From Phycisphaerae bacterium (GTDB lineage Bacteria; Planctomycetota; Phycisphaerae; UBA1845), in the NCBI GenBank assembly GCA_029260155.1, contig JAJDDU010000246.1, positions 1 to 47,801 on the forward strand: DNA of 47,801 nt. The letters run 5' to 3'. Position numbers and translations under genes: made by a program. A model generated the notes under the pieces. It was not told where the DNA came from and ran no database searches. It worked only from the letters and a program-made list of their open reading frames with translations. Each line of letters begins with the position of its first letter. Positions within the stretch are counted from its first letter, which is position 1. Of this stretch, positions 1 to 9,698 are shown piece after piece.

Positions 1-1377
1 GCCGAGGACCTCCACAACGACATCGGGATATGGGCAGCGTATGAACGGTACAATGTTGACTTCTTCGGCACGGCCCTTCCCTTCACCTCAACCACCACGG
101 GCGATACCGCCGTGGCGGGCATTCACACGGACCGCGTTCGGCATCTGCTTTGGATCTTGTATCCAGCGCTCATCGATGGACTTGCTCTCTCCCCGACGCA
201 CCGAGATCTTCGGCTTATTGCGGACGCCAGCACCACCTGCCTCCGCGACGAATTCCAATCCGTCCCGCGACATTCCGGCGTGCAATCATTCCTCCATGCG
301 TCCAGCGGATACGGCTGGGATGTGAAGCGCAAGCTGATCTGGCTGGGCACCCGCTCCTACATGTTCCGGTCCCTCTTCTCGAATTACATGGATGCCGAGG
401 CAGAGGACAGCGGGGACATCGGGCATACCGACGACTTCATTTGCCAGGAATGTACGCGATGGTCGGGGCTTGGGCCCATCGACATCTTGGCGGGAATCCT
501 TGATATCTCGGATGACGACCGAAGGGACATGCGAAACTGGTACGAACGCCACGCAGCGTTTTACAGGCTCCTATCGGTTAATAACGAGACGCTTGAAGCT
601 CTGAACGTCATAAGTGACCAACCGTATCAGATCAGGATCAACATGGAGCAGCATCCTTTCAAGCAGGGGCAACTCGTTTTCGGTAGCTTGGTCCCGTGGC
701 GTGGAGAATGGTACTGGTCGGGTGAGCAGAAACTCTGGGGCAATGCCTCCAATGTGAACGTGGACGACATCAAACAGACCATGAAGCGGCAGAACTCCGA
801 GATCGTCTGCCGGTACTGGAAGGAGTACGAGACCAAGGTGCGACAGCATGCATCTGACCTGCACGCTGCGATGATCGATTACTACGGCAAAGACCTGATT
901 CTGTATCCCGATGGTCTGTCGATGGCGGCGGATTGGCAAAGAGAGTTCCGTTGCCAATGGGAATCTAAGGATCCGCAGCAGGTGAAGAAGGTCATCGAGA
1001 ATCACCGGCTGGAGGATGGTCGCCCGGAGATGAATCTGCCGACGAATCTGCTGGAGCACAAGAACGGCCTTGGCGTCTTTCTCAACCCTGACGAAGGCAA
1101 GGAGATCATGCAGGACTTCACGTCGATCATCGCCGGACTGAAACGCAAGGGAGAGGAATTGACCGAGGACGAGGAGTACTGCCTCCGGAGTATCTTCGAG
1201 ACGGATGCGGTCAGCCCCAGGTTCGTCAGACGGATTCTGGACGAGTATGGAGATGAATCCGTCAAGGCGACTTTCTTGCTGAAAGGTGACCAGCCAAGCT
1301 ACTGGCTCGACCACCTTCTCAGGAGCCACAAGGGTCGATTCTACCGGAAGCGTTATCCGTCCCTCTCGGTGATTTGA
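1..1377 (+). CDS. hypothetical protein, 5' end runs off the window
   Basis: Frame 1 is open from base 1 (AEDLHNDIGIWAAYERYNVDFFG...) into the listed 112..1377 ORF and stops at TGA 1375-1377, so the GTG at 112 is probably internal. The protein is Trp/Tyr-rich and looks soluble. I recognise no family. Confidence 0.6.
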   Translation, partial: AEDLHNDIGIWAAYERYNVDFFGTALPFTSTTTGDTAVAGIHTDRVRHLLWILYPALIDGLALSPTHRDLRLIADASTTCLRDEFQSVPRHSGVQSFLHASSGYGWDVKRKLIWLGTRSYMFRSLFSNYMDAEAEDSGDIGHTDDFICQECTRWSGLGPIDILAGILDISDDDRRDMRNWYERHAAFYRLLSVNNETLEALNVISDQPYQIRINMEQHPFKQGQLVFGSLVPWRGEWYWSGEQKLWGNASNVNVDDIKQTMKRQNSEIVCRYWKEYETKVRQHASDLHAAMIDYYGKDLILYPDGLSMAADWQREFRCQWESKDPQQVKKVIENHRLEDGRPEMNLPTNLLEHKNGLGVFLNPDEGKEIMQDFTSIIAGLKRKGEELTEDEEYCLRSIFETDAVSPRFVRRILDEYGDESVKATFLLKGDQPSYWLDHLLRSHKGRFYRKRYPSLSVI

Positions 1378-1520
1378 GAAGGGTGATATCCGCTAAAGTA
1401 GGCAGCATCCGATCCGACATAGAAGCACGCATGCTTCCGGACTGGGCTGGGTCATTCGGGGCCAATCGGCGAGTCAATCGTATTAGACTTTGCAGCCCAC
1501 GGAAGTTGACCGTTCTACAT

Positions 1521-1560
1521 CGGAAAACTCGTCTTCCGGGAGTGCCAGTCCCCTGGCACT
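1521..1560 (+). other. two adjacent stem-loops in a long non-coding spacer
   Basis: cggaa-N8-ttccg (1521-1538) is followed directly by agtgccag-tccc-ctggcact (1541-1560, 8-bp perfect stem). No U-tract follows either one. Confidence 0.3.
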
Positions 1561-2019
1561 TGAATCAGAATTGCAGCAGTTGAGGGCCAGATTCGGGCCA
1601 GGTCGTAATCGCTAACTGTCTACATGAAAATGACTTACTGGAATTGAGTTTAGTCGCTGGCATTCTACCACTGAATTATGCCCGCATGCGTATATCACGC
1701 TATTATCGAGGGTCACGATCCAAGGTCAACCCGTTTCGATGCATCTCGATACGCCCTCAGTACGTTTGGATACACCTCGGTACATCAAAAGGGCTAGGTT
1801 TGCGTCAGGTTTTTTGGAAGGCTCCGGCGAGCAGGACGCAGCTTCGTCCACGAGGAATGCCCCTGGTCGGCGGACGCGTCCGTGATGGCAGAGTCCGCAT
1901 CAACGATAGCCCGATGCCCTGGTACGAACGCCACCCGATTCGAGGCATCCCATCGAGCCCGTTGCACTCTCCGCAAGATCGACGACTCACGTCAGTCATG
2001 CGACGGAGGAATGGGACTC

Positions 2020-2406
2020 ATGCCCGCGTTCATCGAATCAGTCGATCGTGAGGAGTTGTATGAACGAGCTTGGTCCACGCCGATGTCCAATCTCGCAAGC
2101 AAGTACGGCATATCCGACGTCGGGATGAAGGGTCTCTTCGAGCTGCGGTACAATTGCGATTCTCCGGATGCTCGACCGAGTCTTCGGACGCCAACGCGTC
2201 CCGTTTTTCATGCTTGGTCGGATGAGTGTGATTCTCTGGCCAAAATCAACGTCGCCCCAGGTGAGAAGTCGTTTGCGTTGTTCGATAGTGCCAGAGAACT
2301 CCCCGAACGCCGAGTCGACGCCTTTGTCTTTCAAGGGGTCACATCAGTGACTCTTTGGGAGGAGAATCTACTAGTAAAGTCGGCGTCCTATTCGCCGACG
2401 TGCTGA
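2020..2406 (+). CDS. small hypothetical protein, possibly a decayed gene remnant
   Basis: ATG 2020 lies 10 nt after GGAGG (2005-2009). The N-terminus MPAFIESVDREELYERAWSTPMSNLASKYGISDVG resembles an N-terminal motif I recall from uncharacterised proteobacterial proteins (EELY..VWS.PM..LA..YGISDVGL). The rest is unrecognisable, and the 3' end overlaps the convergent ada gene by 68 nt. Confidence 0.3.
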   Translation: MPAFIESVDREELYERAWSTPMSNLASKYGISDVGMKGLFELRYNCDSPDARPSLRTPTRPVFHAWSDECDSLAKINVAPGEKSFALFDSARELPERRVDAFVFQGVTSVTLWEENLLVKSASYSPTC

Positions 2407-3472
2407 TTCTGGGAATGGAGACGCCCTGAATGTCGCCACGTTCGAGGTCCAGCAGGAATTCCTTGCGCCACAATCCGCCACCGTAGCCGCCGAGCGCGCC
2501 AGACTTGCGTACGACTCGATGACACGGAACGACGATCGCAATCCTGTTGGCCCCGTTGGCGGTGCCGACGGCACGAACCGCGCCGGGCCGTCCGACTGAA
2601 CGGGCCAAGGACTCGTAGGATCGTGTCTCCCCGAACGGAATGACGCACAACTGGCGCCAAACGCTCTCCTGGAACGGGGTCCCGCGTGTTACCAGAGGCA
2701 CTGAGAACTTGGTCAGCGAGCCGGCGAAGTAACGCTTCAGCTCATCGGCGAGCCGGTCGAGGTGTTTGTTTCGCCCCGGCATTATCGGTCCGCCCAGTCG
2801 TTTGCGAAGTGTCACAAACTGACACTCCAGGCCTCGGCGATCCACGAATTCGAGCAAGCACACCCCGTCCGTCGTTGCGGCGGCGACCAGATTGCCGAGA
2901 GGGCTTGGTATGCGGGACGCGACGATCACCGGCACGCTTCTTCCCCGCCCCGGCGGCGTGCCGAAGGTCCGCTCGAACGCGTCGCGGAACCCGCTGCTCG
3001 ATTCGTACCCGTGACCCACGGCGACATCGTTGATGTCCGCCCCTTCGCGCAACCGTCCCAGCGCGAGCCCGAGCCGTTTGGCCCGGTGATAGCCCTGAAA
3101 GGTCATACCGTAGTGGCGTTGAAAATATCGCCTCGCCCGCACTGGGTCGACCGACATCGTCCGAAGGTCGGCGTCGCGCAAGCGATCGGTCGGGTTGGCG
3201 TCGACTCTGTCGAACAACCGGTCCACCCACGGCGGACGCTCGCCGTTGGTGTGCATGGGCTTGCATCGTTTGCACGGTCTGAACCCCGCCAACAACGCTT
3301 CCGACAGGCTGGCGAAAAACTCGACGTTGCACGGTTTCGGTTTTCGTGCCGGGCAGGTGGGTTTGCAGAAAACACCGGTCGTGCGCACGGCGACGAAGAA
3401 CACGCCTTCATACGCGGCATCGCGCCGCCGGAAGGCGCGGTCCATTTCGGTTTCTGATGGCAAATGTCGCAT
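2339..3472 (-). CDS. ada: bifunctional Ada-type regulator: methylphosphotriester zinc domain, AraC HTH and O6-methylguanine-DNA methyltransferase
   Basis: The N-terminus has the Cys4 Ada zinc motif (FCKPTCPARKPKPCN...FRPCKRCKP). The centre has an AraC-type HTH (GYESSSGFRDAFERTFG). The C-terminus has the MGMT active site IVVPCHRVV. Confidence 0.9.
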   Translation of the reverse strand: MRHLPSETEMDRAFRRRDAAYEGVFFVAVRTTGVFCKPTCPARKPKPCNVEFFASLSEALLAGFRPCKRCKPMHTNGERPPWVDRLFDRVDANPTDRLRDADLRTMSVDPVRARRYFQRHYGMTFQGYHRAKRLGLALGRLREGADINDVAVGHGYESSSGFRDAFERTFGTPPGRGRSVPVIVASRIPSPLGNLVAAATTDGVCLLEFVDRRGLECQFVTLRKRLGGPIMPGRNKHLDRLADELKRYFAGSLTKFSVPLVTRGTPFQESVWRQLCVIPFGETRSYESLARSVGRPGAVRAVGTANGANRIAIVVPCHRVVRKSGALGGYGGGLWRKEFLLDLERGDIQGVSIPRISTSANRTPTLLVDSPPKESLM

Positions 3473-3551
3473 GGAGAGACCGTATCAGTCTGAGAGTTTA
3501 GCCGCTACCGATTTCTGAACAGCGATGTCGAAAAGGCCCTGGCCGGCAATA

Positions 3552-4643
3552 TCAAATGCGCCACGCTGCCCAGGGCATCTGGGCGGTGACCAGCGCGTCG
3601 TGTTTGCGAACGCGGGTTGTTCGCCACGCGAACTGTCGGCCGAGGGGGACGGGCGAGATCGGCCAAGTGTGTCCGACGTCGGTGGTTATGACGATGGGAC
3701 GTCGCGCTCGGCCTAGGTGCTGCTCGACGCATTCGAGCACCGCTTGGGTGCAGTCGCTTCCGCGATCATGGAACTGTCCCAGCAGGATGCCTTGGTAACG
3801 CTGTAGCCAGCCGGAAAGGCTAAGGTGGCAGAGCAGTCGATCCACGCGGTCCGGCGTCTCACGGACGTCCTCGATCAACAGCCATTTCCCGTCGGGACGC
3901 AGGGCGTCGGCGTAGGGAGTGCCCGTCAGTGTCACAATGGTCGTGAGGTTGCCGCCGACGACGGTGATCGGATTTGTATGTTTGGGTTTCGTGTTGATCC
4001 AGCGTCCGGTGATTACTCTCGCGCTTGCACGCCCCTCGATCATGGCGACCGCATCCTTGAAGAACGCTTCGAACTTCGCGCGAAAGTTACCCGCGGCCCA
4101 TCCGCGTGCGAAAGCCAGGACACCGTTTTGATCGAGATCCGACCCGTCGTGCAATGTGGCGACGTTGCGCCGGGCATAGTCGGTCATTCCCTGCAGGAGG
4201 TAGGCTGGGCAGAGGTCGTGGTAAGCGACGACCTTGTCGTACTGCGCTGCGATGTTGAGCAGCGGCGATAGCTCGCTGAACCCGAAGAGTGCGATTGGTT
4301 TCCGGCGACGCTTCAGCACATCGAAATCGATGCGCGGCAGGATTCGTGTCAGCCATGCACCACCGCGCAACGCAACGGCTGCGGCCACACAATTGTCGGC
4401 GAGGGTACGCTCGATCTCGCGTGCCCGGGCAGTGTCGTCACGCCGGCCTGCGTGACAATCGTCTTCATTGACTTCGATCTGTGCTGCGGAGGCCGCGACA
4501 CGATAGGAGTCGCCGACCGCCTGCTGAACAAGCGCGATGAGCTCATTGGTGCCGTCGCATCCCAACGAAGAGAGTGTGGTCTTGCACGAACTGGCGATGG
4601 ACAGGAGGCGAATAACAGGTTTTCGAGGGCGATCCGTGGGCAT
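3552..4643 (-). CDS. LD-carboxypeptidase family (peptidase S66) protein
   Basis: S66-like nucleophile context GFSELSPLL and C-terminal DVGHTWP His motif. The start was moved to ATG 4643-4641 (MPTDRPRK...), which shares one base with the TAA stop of the upstream btpA gene. Confidence 0.78.
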   Translation of the reverse strand: MPTDRPRKPVIRLLSIASSCKTTLSSLGCDGTNELIALVQQAVGDSYRVAASAAQIEVNEDDCHAGRRDDTARAREIERTLADNCVAAAVALRGGAWLTRILPRIDFDVLKRRRKPIALFGFSELSPLLNIAAQYDKVVAYHDLCPAYLLQGMTDYARRNVATLHDGSDLDQNGVLAFARGWAAGNFRAKFEAFFKDAVAMIEGRASARVITGRWINTKPKHTNPITVVGGNLTTIVTLTGTPYADALRPDGKWLLIEDVRETPDRVDRLLCHLSLSGWLQRYQGILLGQFHDRGSDCTQAVLECVEQHLGRARRPIVITTDVGHTWPISPVPLGRQFAWRTTRVRKHDALVTAQMPWAAWRI

Positions 4644-5425
4644 TACTTGCGCGCCGCTGTGATAAACGCCTGCGCACGCCGCGGATCGACCGGTGCCCGC
4701 GTGACGCCGTCCACCTTGAGACTCGTTCCCACGATGGCCCCATCGCATGCGGCGAGGATTTCGCGGATCGTGTCACTCGATACGCCGCTGCCGACAAGGA
4801 TCGGCCGGTCGGAGACTGCGGCCTTGACTCTGCGAACGTCATCCAAGTCGCATGGCTGACCGGTCGAGGGGCCGGAAACGATGAGCGCGTCAGCCAAGCC
4901 GCGGTTGGCGACATCCTCGGCTGCGACCGCGATGTCCTTTTCGCCCATCGGGACGGCGTGTTTGACGTGTACGTCGGCGAGAATTGCCACGTCCGCGCGG
5001 AGCTGCTTGCGGTATCGGAGCGTGTCGGCTGCTCGACCCTGTAGGATGCCTTGATCGGCCGCCGCTACCCCGGTATGCACGTTGACGCGAATGAACTGTG
5101 CTCCGGACGCGGCGGCGATGCCCATGGCAGACTGCGCGTCGTTGCGCAACGCATTAACGCCGAGAGGCAGGTGTGTCTCCCGCTGGATGCGATCCGCCAC
5201 GATGGCGAGCGCAGCCGTTGCGGCTGGTTCGAGCGAGTCGGCGTGGAACGGAACGTCGCCGTAGTTTTCGATAATCAACGCGTCGAAGCCGGCGTCACGG
5301 AGTGTTGAGGCGTCGCGCAATGCCCTGTCAACGATATTGCGCATCGTCGATTGATGCTTCGGGCTACCGGGAAGCGCCGGTAGGTGGATCATGCCGATGA
5401 GCCATGGACGAGGGAATTCGAGCAC
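4643..5425 (-). CDS. btpA: BtpA/SgcQ family TIM-barrel protein
   Basis: The N-terminus LIGMIHLPALPGSP..., IIENYGDVPF and GVNALRND...FIRVNVHTG match my memory of the BtpA family (TIGR00259-type). Confidence 0.82.
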   Translation of the reverse strand: MLEFPRPWLIGMIHLPALPGSPKHQSTMRNIVDRALRDASTLRDAGFDALIIENYGDVPFHADSLEPAATAALAIVADRIQRETHLPLGVNALRNDAQSAMGIAAASGAQFIRVNVHTGVAAADQGILQGRAADTLRYRKQLRADVAILADVHVKHAVPMGEKDIAVAAEDVANRGLADALIVSGPSTGQPCDLDDVRRVKAAVSDRPILVGSGVSSDTIREILAACDGAIVGTSLKVDGVTRAPVDPRRAQAFITAARK

Positions 5426-5446
5426 GATGAGTCGATCGAGGGGTAG

Positions 5447-5773
5447 CTACTTATCGGTCTTCCGAAATACGGCGACGACGTCTTCGATTGGCACGACGAA
5501 CAGTTGGTTGTCCGCTTCGAAATCGACGGGGATTGCGTTCTTCGGGTTGAAGAGCACGCGATCATATTGGCGGATGGGGAAGTCCTCGTCGTTGAGGATT
5601 TGCGTCGATACCGTGACCACGCGCCCGGTGATCGTGGGAATCTCCACGGCGTCGGGAAGTTCGATGCCGCCCTTGGTGCGCTTCTTGTCGGCGTCCTTGC
5701 GGATCAGAACGCGCTTGCCGAGAGGCTCGATCGTCTCGAGCTTGGGTTTCTTGGCAGATGCCGGCTTGTCCAT
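5447..5773 (-). CDS. groES: co-chaperonin GroES (Cpn10), divergent, no adjacent groEL
   Basis: IEPLGKRVLIRK...TKGGIELPD...ITGRVVTV...YDRVLF...DVVAVF follows the Cpn10 pattern. A GGAGA RBS lies upstream of ATG 5773. Confidence 0.78.
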   Translation of the reverse strand: MDKPASAKKPKLETIEPLGKRVLIRKDADKKRTKGGIELPDAVEIPTITGRVVTVSTQILNDEDFPIRQYDRVLFNPKNAIPVDFEADNQLFVVPIEDVVAVFRKTDK

Positions 5774-5930
5774 CGTTTGGTCTCCGAAGCAACTCCTGAT
5801 TGCGTGATCCTCGATTGCCCTATCTTATGCGGGGGACCGACGCCTAGGCAATGGGGGGGCTTTGGGCTCTGTTCAGACGTGCTGCGGGTCATTAGAATGC
5901 TGCCGATACTACCGGGTTCCGGATTCAAGC

Positions 5931-7292
5931 ATGGATAATCAAACAACCGTCGCGTTCGTCTCCCTTGGGTGCGCCAAGAACCTCGTCGACTCCGAGAAGA
6001 TGCTCGGCCAAATCGCTGAGGCGGGCTGCGCGCTTACCAACGATGAATCTGACGCCGAAGTGATTGTGGTCAACACGTGCGGGTTTCTCGCCGCTTCGCG
6101 CACCGAAGCCGTCGCGTGCATAAGAGAAGCCGTCGCTCAGAAGCAGTCCGGGCGGTGCAAGCGTGTCGTCGTGGCCGGATGTCTCGTGCAGCGGGACAGA
6201 GACGCGCTGCTGGCCGAGGTGGAGGGTGTGGACGCGCTGGTCGGCGTAAACAACCGGGACGATATCGTCCGAGCAGTCCTCGCCGAAAACCGCACGTCGG
6301 ACCGCCCGGCGGACCTGTACTTGGGCGACTATCATCCACATGTGCAGCTCGATTTCACGCGTCTGCGTCTCACGCCGCGTCACTACGCCTATCTTCGGAT
6401 CAGCGAGGGCTGCAACCAGAAATGCACGTTTTGCACGATCCCGGCGATACGCGGGCCCATGCACTGCAAGCCACCGGACATCGTGCTCGCCGAGGCTCGC
6501 GAATTGGTGTCTGATGGTGCTGTCGAGCTAAACCTCATCGGGCAGGACACAACGAGTTACGGCGAGGAATTCGAGGACGCCTACGGGTTGGACCGCCTTC
6601 TTCGTGATCTGAACACAGTCGACGGTATCGAGTGGCTTCGGCTGATGTACGTCTACCCGTCGGTGTTCACCGACGCGATGATCGACGCCATCGCCGAGTG
6701 TGAGCGCGTCGTCAAGTACATCGACATACCGCTGCAGCACATCAACGACCGCGTTCTCAAAGCCATGCATCGCCGCGTCACACGCCGGGAGAGCGAGGAT
6801 CTTCTGGCGAAGATCCGCGCGAAGATACCGGGTGTCCATATCCGAACGACTCTGATCGCAGGATTCCCCGGCGAAACGGATGCGGAATTCGAGGAGTTGC
6901 TGGACTTCGTGCGCGAATTCCGGTTCGACGCGATGGGCGTTTTTCCCTACTCGGCCGAGCCCGACACGCCCGCAGGCCGCATGAAAGGCCAGATTCCGGA
7001 TCAGATCGTGCAGGATCGCCTCGACGCCCTCATGACGGTACAGCAGCAAGTCGCGTTTGCGCTGGCAGACGAAATGGTTGGACGTACGATGCGTGTTCTG
7101 ATAGACGAAGCCCCAGCCGATGGAGCGGCGGTGGGAAGGCACGAGGGACAGGCACCGATGGTAGACAGCGTAACCTACGTCAAGAGCCCAGGCTTGCGGA
7201 ATGGGGCATTTGTCGACGTACACTGCAAAGAGCGGAGAGACTACGATCTAATCGCCGTACCAACCCGTACGTCCCTACCCATCTTGTCCTGA
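5931..7292 (+). CDS. rimO: ribosomal protein S12 methylthiotransferase
   Basis: MTTase N-domain VAFVSLGCAKNLVDSE...VVNTCGF, radical-SAM motif EGCNQKCTFCTIP and a C-terminal TRAM-like region. The start was set at ATG 5931 (MDNQTTVAFV). Confidence 0.9.
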   Translation: MDNQTTVAFVSLGCAKNLVDSEKMLGQIAEAGCALTNDESDAEVIVVNTCGFLAASRTEAVACIREAVAQKQSGRCKRVVVAGCLVQRDRDALLAEVEGVDALVGVNNRDDIVRAVLAENRTSDRPADLYLGDYHPHVQLDFTRLRLTPRHYAYLRISEGCNQKCTFCTIPAIRGPMHCKPPDIVLAEARELVSDGAVELNLIGQDTTSYGEEFEDAYGLDRLLRDLNTVDGIEWLRLMYVYPSVFTDAMIDAIAECERVVKYIDIPLQHINDRVLKAMHRRVTRRESEDLLAKIRAKIPGVHIRTTLIAGFPGETDAEFEELLDFVREFRFDAMGVFPYSAEPDTPAGRMKGQIPDQIVQDRLDALMTVQQQVAFALADEMVGRTMRVLIDEAPADGAAVGRHEGQAPMVDSVTYVKSPGLRNGAFVDVHCKERRDYDLIAVPTRTSLPILS

Positions 7293-7293
7293 T

Positions 7294-7902
7294 ATGAAGG
7301 TCAACCTGCCGAACCAGATCACGCTTGCCCGCCTCGTTCTGGCGATAGTCTTCTTCGCCATACTGGGTCAGTACTCTCAGCGCGACCCCAGCCCATTGCT
7401 GCTCGACATCGGTGTCACGTTATTCATCATCGCAGCCGCGACCGACTGGCTTGACGGATACTACGCCAGAAAGCGGAACGAGGTTACCGCGCTGGGGCGG
7501 ATCCTCGATCCGTTTGTCGACAAGGTGCTCGTTTGTGGAGGGTTCATCTTCCTGGCCGGCCCGTCGTTCTGCGGAGTCGATGGGCGGAACGTCACCGAAT
7601 TGCAAAGCTGGATGGTCGTTGTCGTACTCGGGCGCGAATTGCTGGTCACCGGTTTGCGCGGCTTTTCCGAGTCCAAGGGCATTCAGTTCGGCGCCGAATA
7701 CGTCGGCAAGGCCAAGATGTGGATTCAGTCCGTGACGATCGCGGTTCTGCTCATCGCCGTCGCCCACGGATCGGCCATTGAGGGTCAGATGGTGTTACGT
7801 GTCCAGCAAGTCTTGGTTTGGCTGACGGTGGCCATCACGGCAGCGTCACTCGTTACCTATCTGGTCAAGGCGAAGAAACTGCTATTGGAAACGTCCTCAT
7901 AG
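7294..7902 (+). CDS. pgsA: CDP-diacylglycerol--glycerol-3-phosphate 3-phosphatidyltransferase
   Basis: CDP-alcohol phosphatidyltransferase motif DWLDGYYARK...GRILDPFVDK and multiple TM segments. The ATG lies 1 nt after the rimO stop (TGATATG). Confidence 0.88.
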   Translation: MKVNLPNQITLARLVLAIVFFAILGQYSQRDPSPLLLDIGVTLFIIAAATDWLDGYYARKRNEVTALGRILDPFVDKVLVCGGFIFLAGPSFCGVDGRNVTELQSWMVVVVLGRELLVTGLRGFSESKGIQFGAEYVGKAKMWIQSVTIAVLLIAVAHGSAIEGQMVLRVQQVLVWLTVAITAASLVTYLVKAKKLLLETSS

Positions 7903-8741
7903 TGGCCGAACTTGGGTTTCTCAATGCGTGCCTTCTCGGTCTCGTTCAGGGGCTGACCGAATTCCTGCCGGTCAGCAGCAGTGGTCATCTGGTCCTGACC
8001 CAGAAGCTGCTCAACCTCGAAAGCCACTCGCCCGAGTTACTGCTCTTCGACATCAGCACGCATGTAGCCACGGTGATCGCCGTCGCCGTCGTGTTTCGTG
8101 TCACGCTTCTGCGCTATGTGTCGCGCCTGGCGCGCGAGTTACGACCGTCGTTCGCCGGCAGGCGTACGGCCTGCATGATCGCCGGCCTCGCCATCGTCGC
8201 TTGCATTCCGACGGCCATCATCGGGTTTACGTTTCGGGGCACATTTGAACGGGCGTTCGATTCGCTGCCGGCCAATGCGATCGGGTTGCTGGTGACAGGC
8301 ACGCTGCTGTACAGCATCGGACGCCTTCCGCGCCCGCGTCGCGGATGGCGGCGCTTCGGTTGGTGGCGTGCCGCGATCATCGGCGTGGCCCAGGGGTGTG
8401 CCATTCTGCCTGGCGTGTCGCGCAGCGGATCGACGATCTGCATCGGCATTTTCCTCGGTATCAAACGGCGATGGGTCGCGGAGTTCAGCTTCCTCATCGC
8501 CATGCCGCCGATCCTCGGAGCCGGCTTGATTCAGTGGCGAGAAACGCTCGAACTGCCCACCGAGCAACTGCAAGCGATCCCGTGGGGCCCGATCATCGCC
8601 GGATCGGTCGTGGCATTTCTGAGCGGCGCTTACGCCTTGCGCATCCTGTTGCGGTTGGTCGTTCGGGACAAGTTGCACCACTTTAGCTACTACTGCTGGG
8701 CGCTTGGTCTCGTGGTGCTGACGAAGGCAGTCTTCAGCTAA
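7902..8741 (+). CDS. uppP: undecaprenyl-diphosphate phosphatase
   Basis: BacA motifs GLTEFLPVSSSGHL and PGVSRSGSTI. The in-frame GTG 7902 shares its G with the pgsA TAG stop and gives a typical ~279-aa length. Confidence 0.9.
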   Translation: MAELGFLNACLLGLVQGLTEFLPVSSSGHLVLTQKLLNLESHSPELLLFDISTHVATVIAVAVVFRVTLLRYVSRLARELRPSFAGRRTACMIAGLAIVACIPTAIIGFTFRGTFERAFDSLPANAIGLLVTGTLLYSIGRLPRPRRGWRRFGWWRAAIIGVAQGCAILPGVSRSGSTICIGIFLGIKRRWVAEFSFLIAMPPILGAGLIQWRETLELPTEQLQAIPWGPIIAGSVVAFLSGAYALRILLRLVVRDKLHHFSYYCWALGLVVLTKAVFS

Positions 8742-8883
8742 CGGAAGCCTATCCGCCGTCCGCAGTGGGCGGTACCGACGTCTTGACGGGGATGCCGCGT
8801 GGATTAGCATGGGCGTTTCGGCAGCCGTCCGAGCGGCCGATTCATGCACGCTTTTTGCGACACGATCTGAGGAGTCGAGCACC

Positions 8884-9666
8884 ATGGACTGGGGAATGCA
8901 GAACCGTTTGGCATCGATCATCAATCCGAAAACGAACCGATGTGTCATGCTGGCCGTGGACCACGGTTACTTTCAAGGACCGACCACCGGCTTGGAGCGT
9001 CCGGGTGAGACGGTGGCGCCGTTGCTCGAATACGCCGACGCGCTGATGCTCACGCGTGGCGTACTGCGGAACACGATCGATACCGGCACGCGCGCTCCGA
9101 TCATCCTGCGCGTCTCCGGCGGGACGAGTGTCCTCAAGGAGGATCTGTCCGACGAAGAGCTTTCCGTATCGATGGAGGACGCGATCCGCCTCAACGTGTC
9201 CGCCGTGGCGATTTCCGTCTTCGTGGGCTCTGAGCATGAGAAGCAGACGTTGACCAATCTGTCGCGACTTTGCGACGAGGGGCAGAAGTACGGAATCCCG
9301 GTGCTCGCGGTGACCGCCGTCGGCAAGGCGATGGCCCGCGACGCTCGCTACCTGGGTCTGGCGTGTCGCATCGCTGCCGAGTTGGGTGCCCACATCGTCA
9401 AGACTTACTACTGTGAAGGATTCGAGAAAGTCGTCAACGGATGCCCCGCGCCCGTGGTGATCGCGGGTGGTAAGAAAATCGAGGAACGCGACGCGCTCAC
9501 CTTGGCACACAACGCTCTTTCGGACGGTGCGATCGGCGTCGACATGGGGCGCAACATCTTCCAGTCGCAATGGCCTGTGGCGATGATTCGCAGCGTTCGT
9601 GCGATCGTGCAGGATGGCCGCACCGACGCCGAAGCGTGGGACTTGGCCCAGAGTCTCATGGGTTAG
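8884..9666 (+). CDS. DhnA/FbaB-type class I aldolase family protein (DeoC/LacD superfamily, LsrF-like)
   Basis: LAVDHGYFQGP..., ILRVSGG and AHIVKTYY (Schiff-base Lys context) are followed by VVIAGGKK...GVDMGRNIFQ. ATG 8884 is preceded by a GAGGAG RBS. Confidence 0.78.
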   Translation: MDWGMQNRLASIINPKTNRCVMLAVDHGYFQGPTTGLERPGETVAPLLEYADALMLTRGVLRNTIDTGTRAPIILRVSGGTSVLKEDLSDEELSVSMEDAIRLNVSAVAISVFVGSEHEKQTLTNLSRLCDEGQKYGIPVLAVTAVGKAMARDARYLGLACRIAAELGAHIVKTYYCEGFEKVVNGCPAPVVIAGGKKIEERDALTLAHNALSDGAIGVDMGRNIFQSQWPVAMIRSVRAIVQDGRTDAEAWDLAQSLMG

Positions 9667-9698
9667 AACCCGTCGCGGGTCGGGAGGAATAGCGACTC

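Noticed and set aside
1644-2051. 135-aa ORF, and the 69-aa ORF at 1374-1583, in the long spacer
   Set aside because: Both have Arg/Ser/Pro-rich low-complexity translations, no RBS and atypical composition. I regard them as non-coding.
5774-5930. Looked for a CIRCE (TTAGCACTC-N9-GAGTGCTAA) operator upstream of groES
   Set aside because: No match or near-match is visible on either strand.
7818-7901. Longer uppP start overlapping pgsA by 85 nt
   Set aside because: GTG 7902 shares a base with the pgsA stop and gives the standard BacA length. The upstream residues lack the first TM helix pattern.
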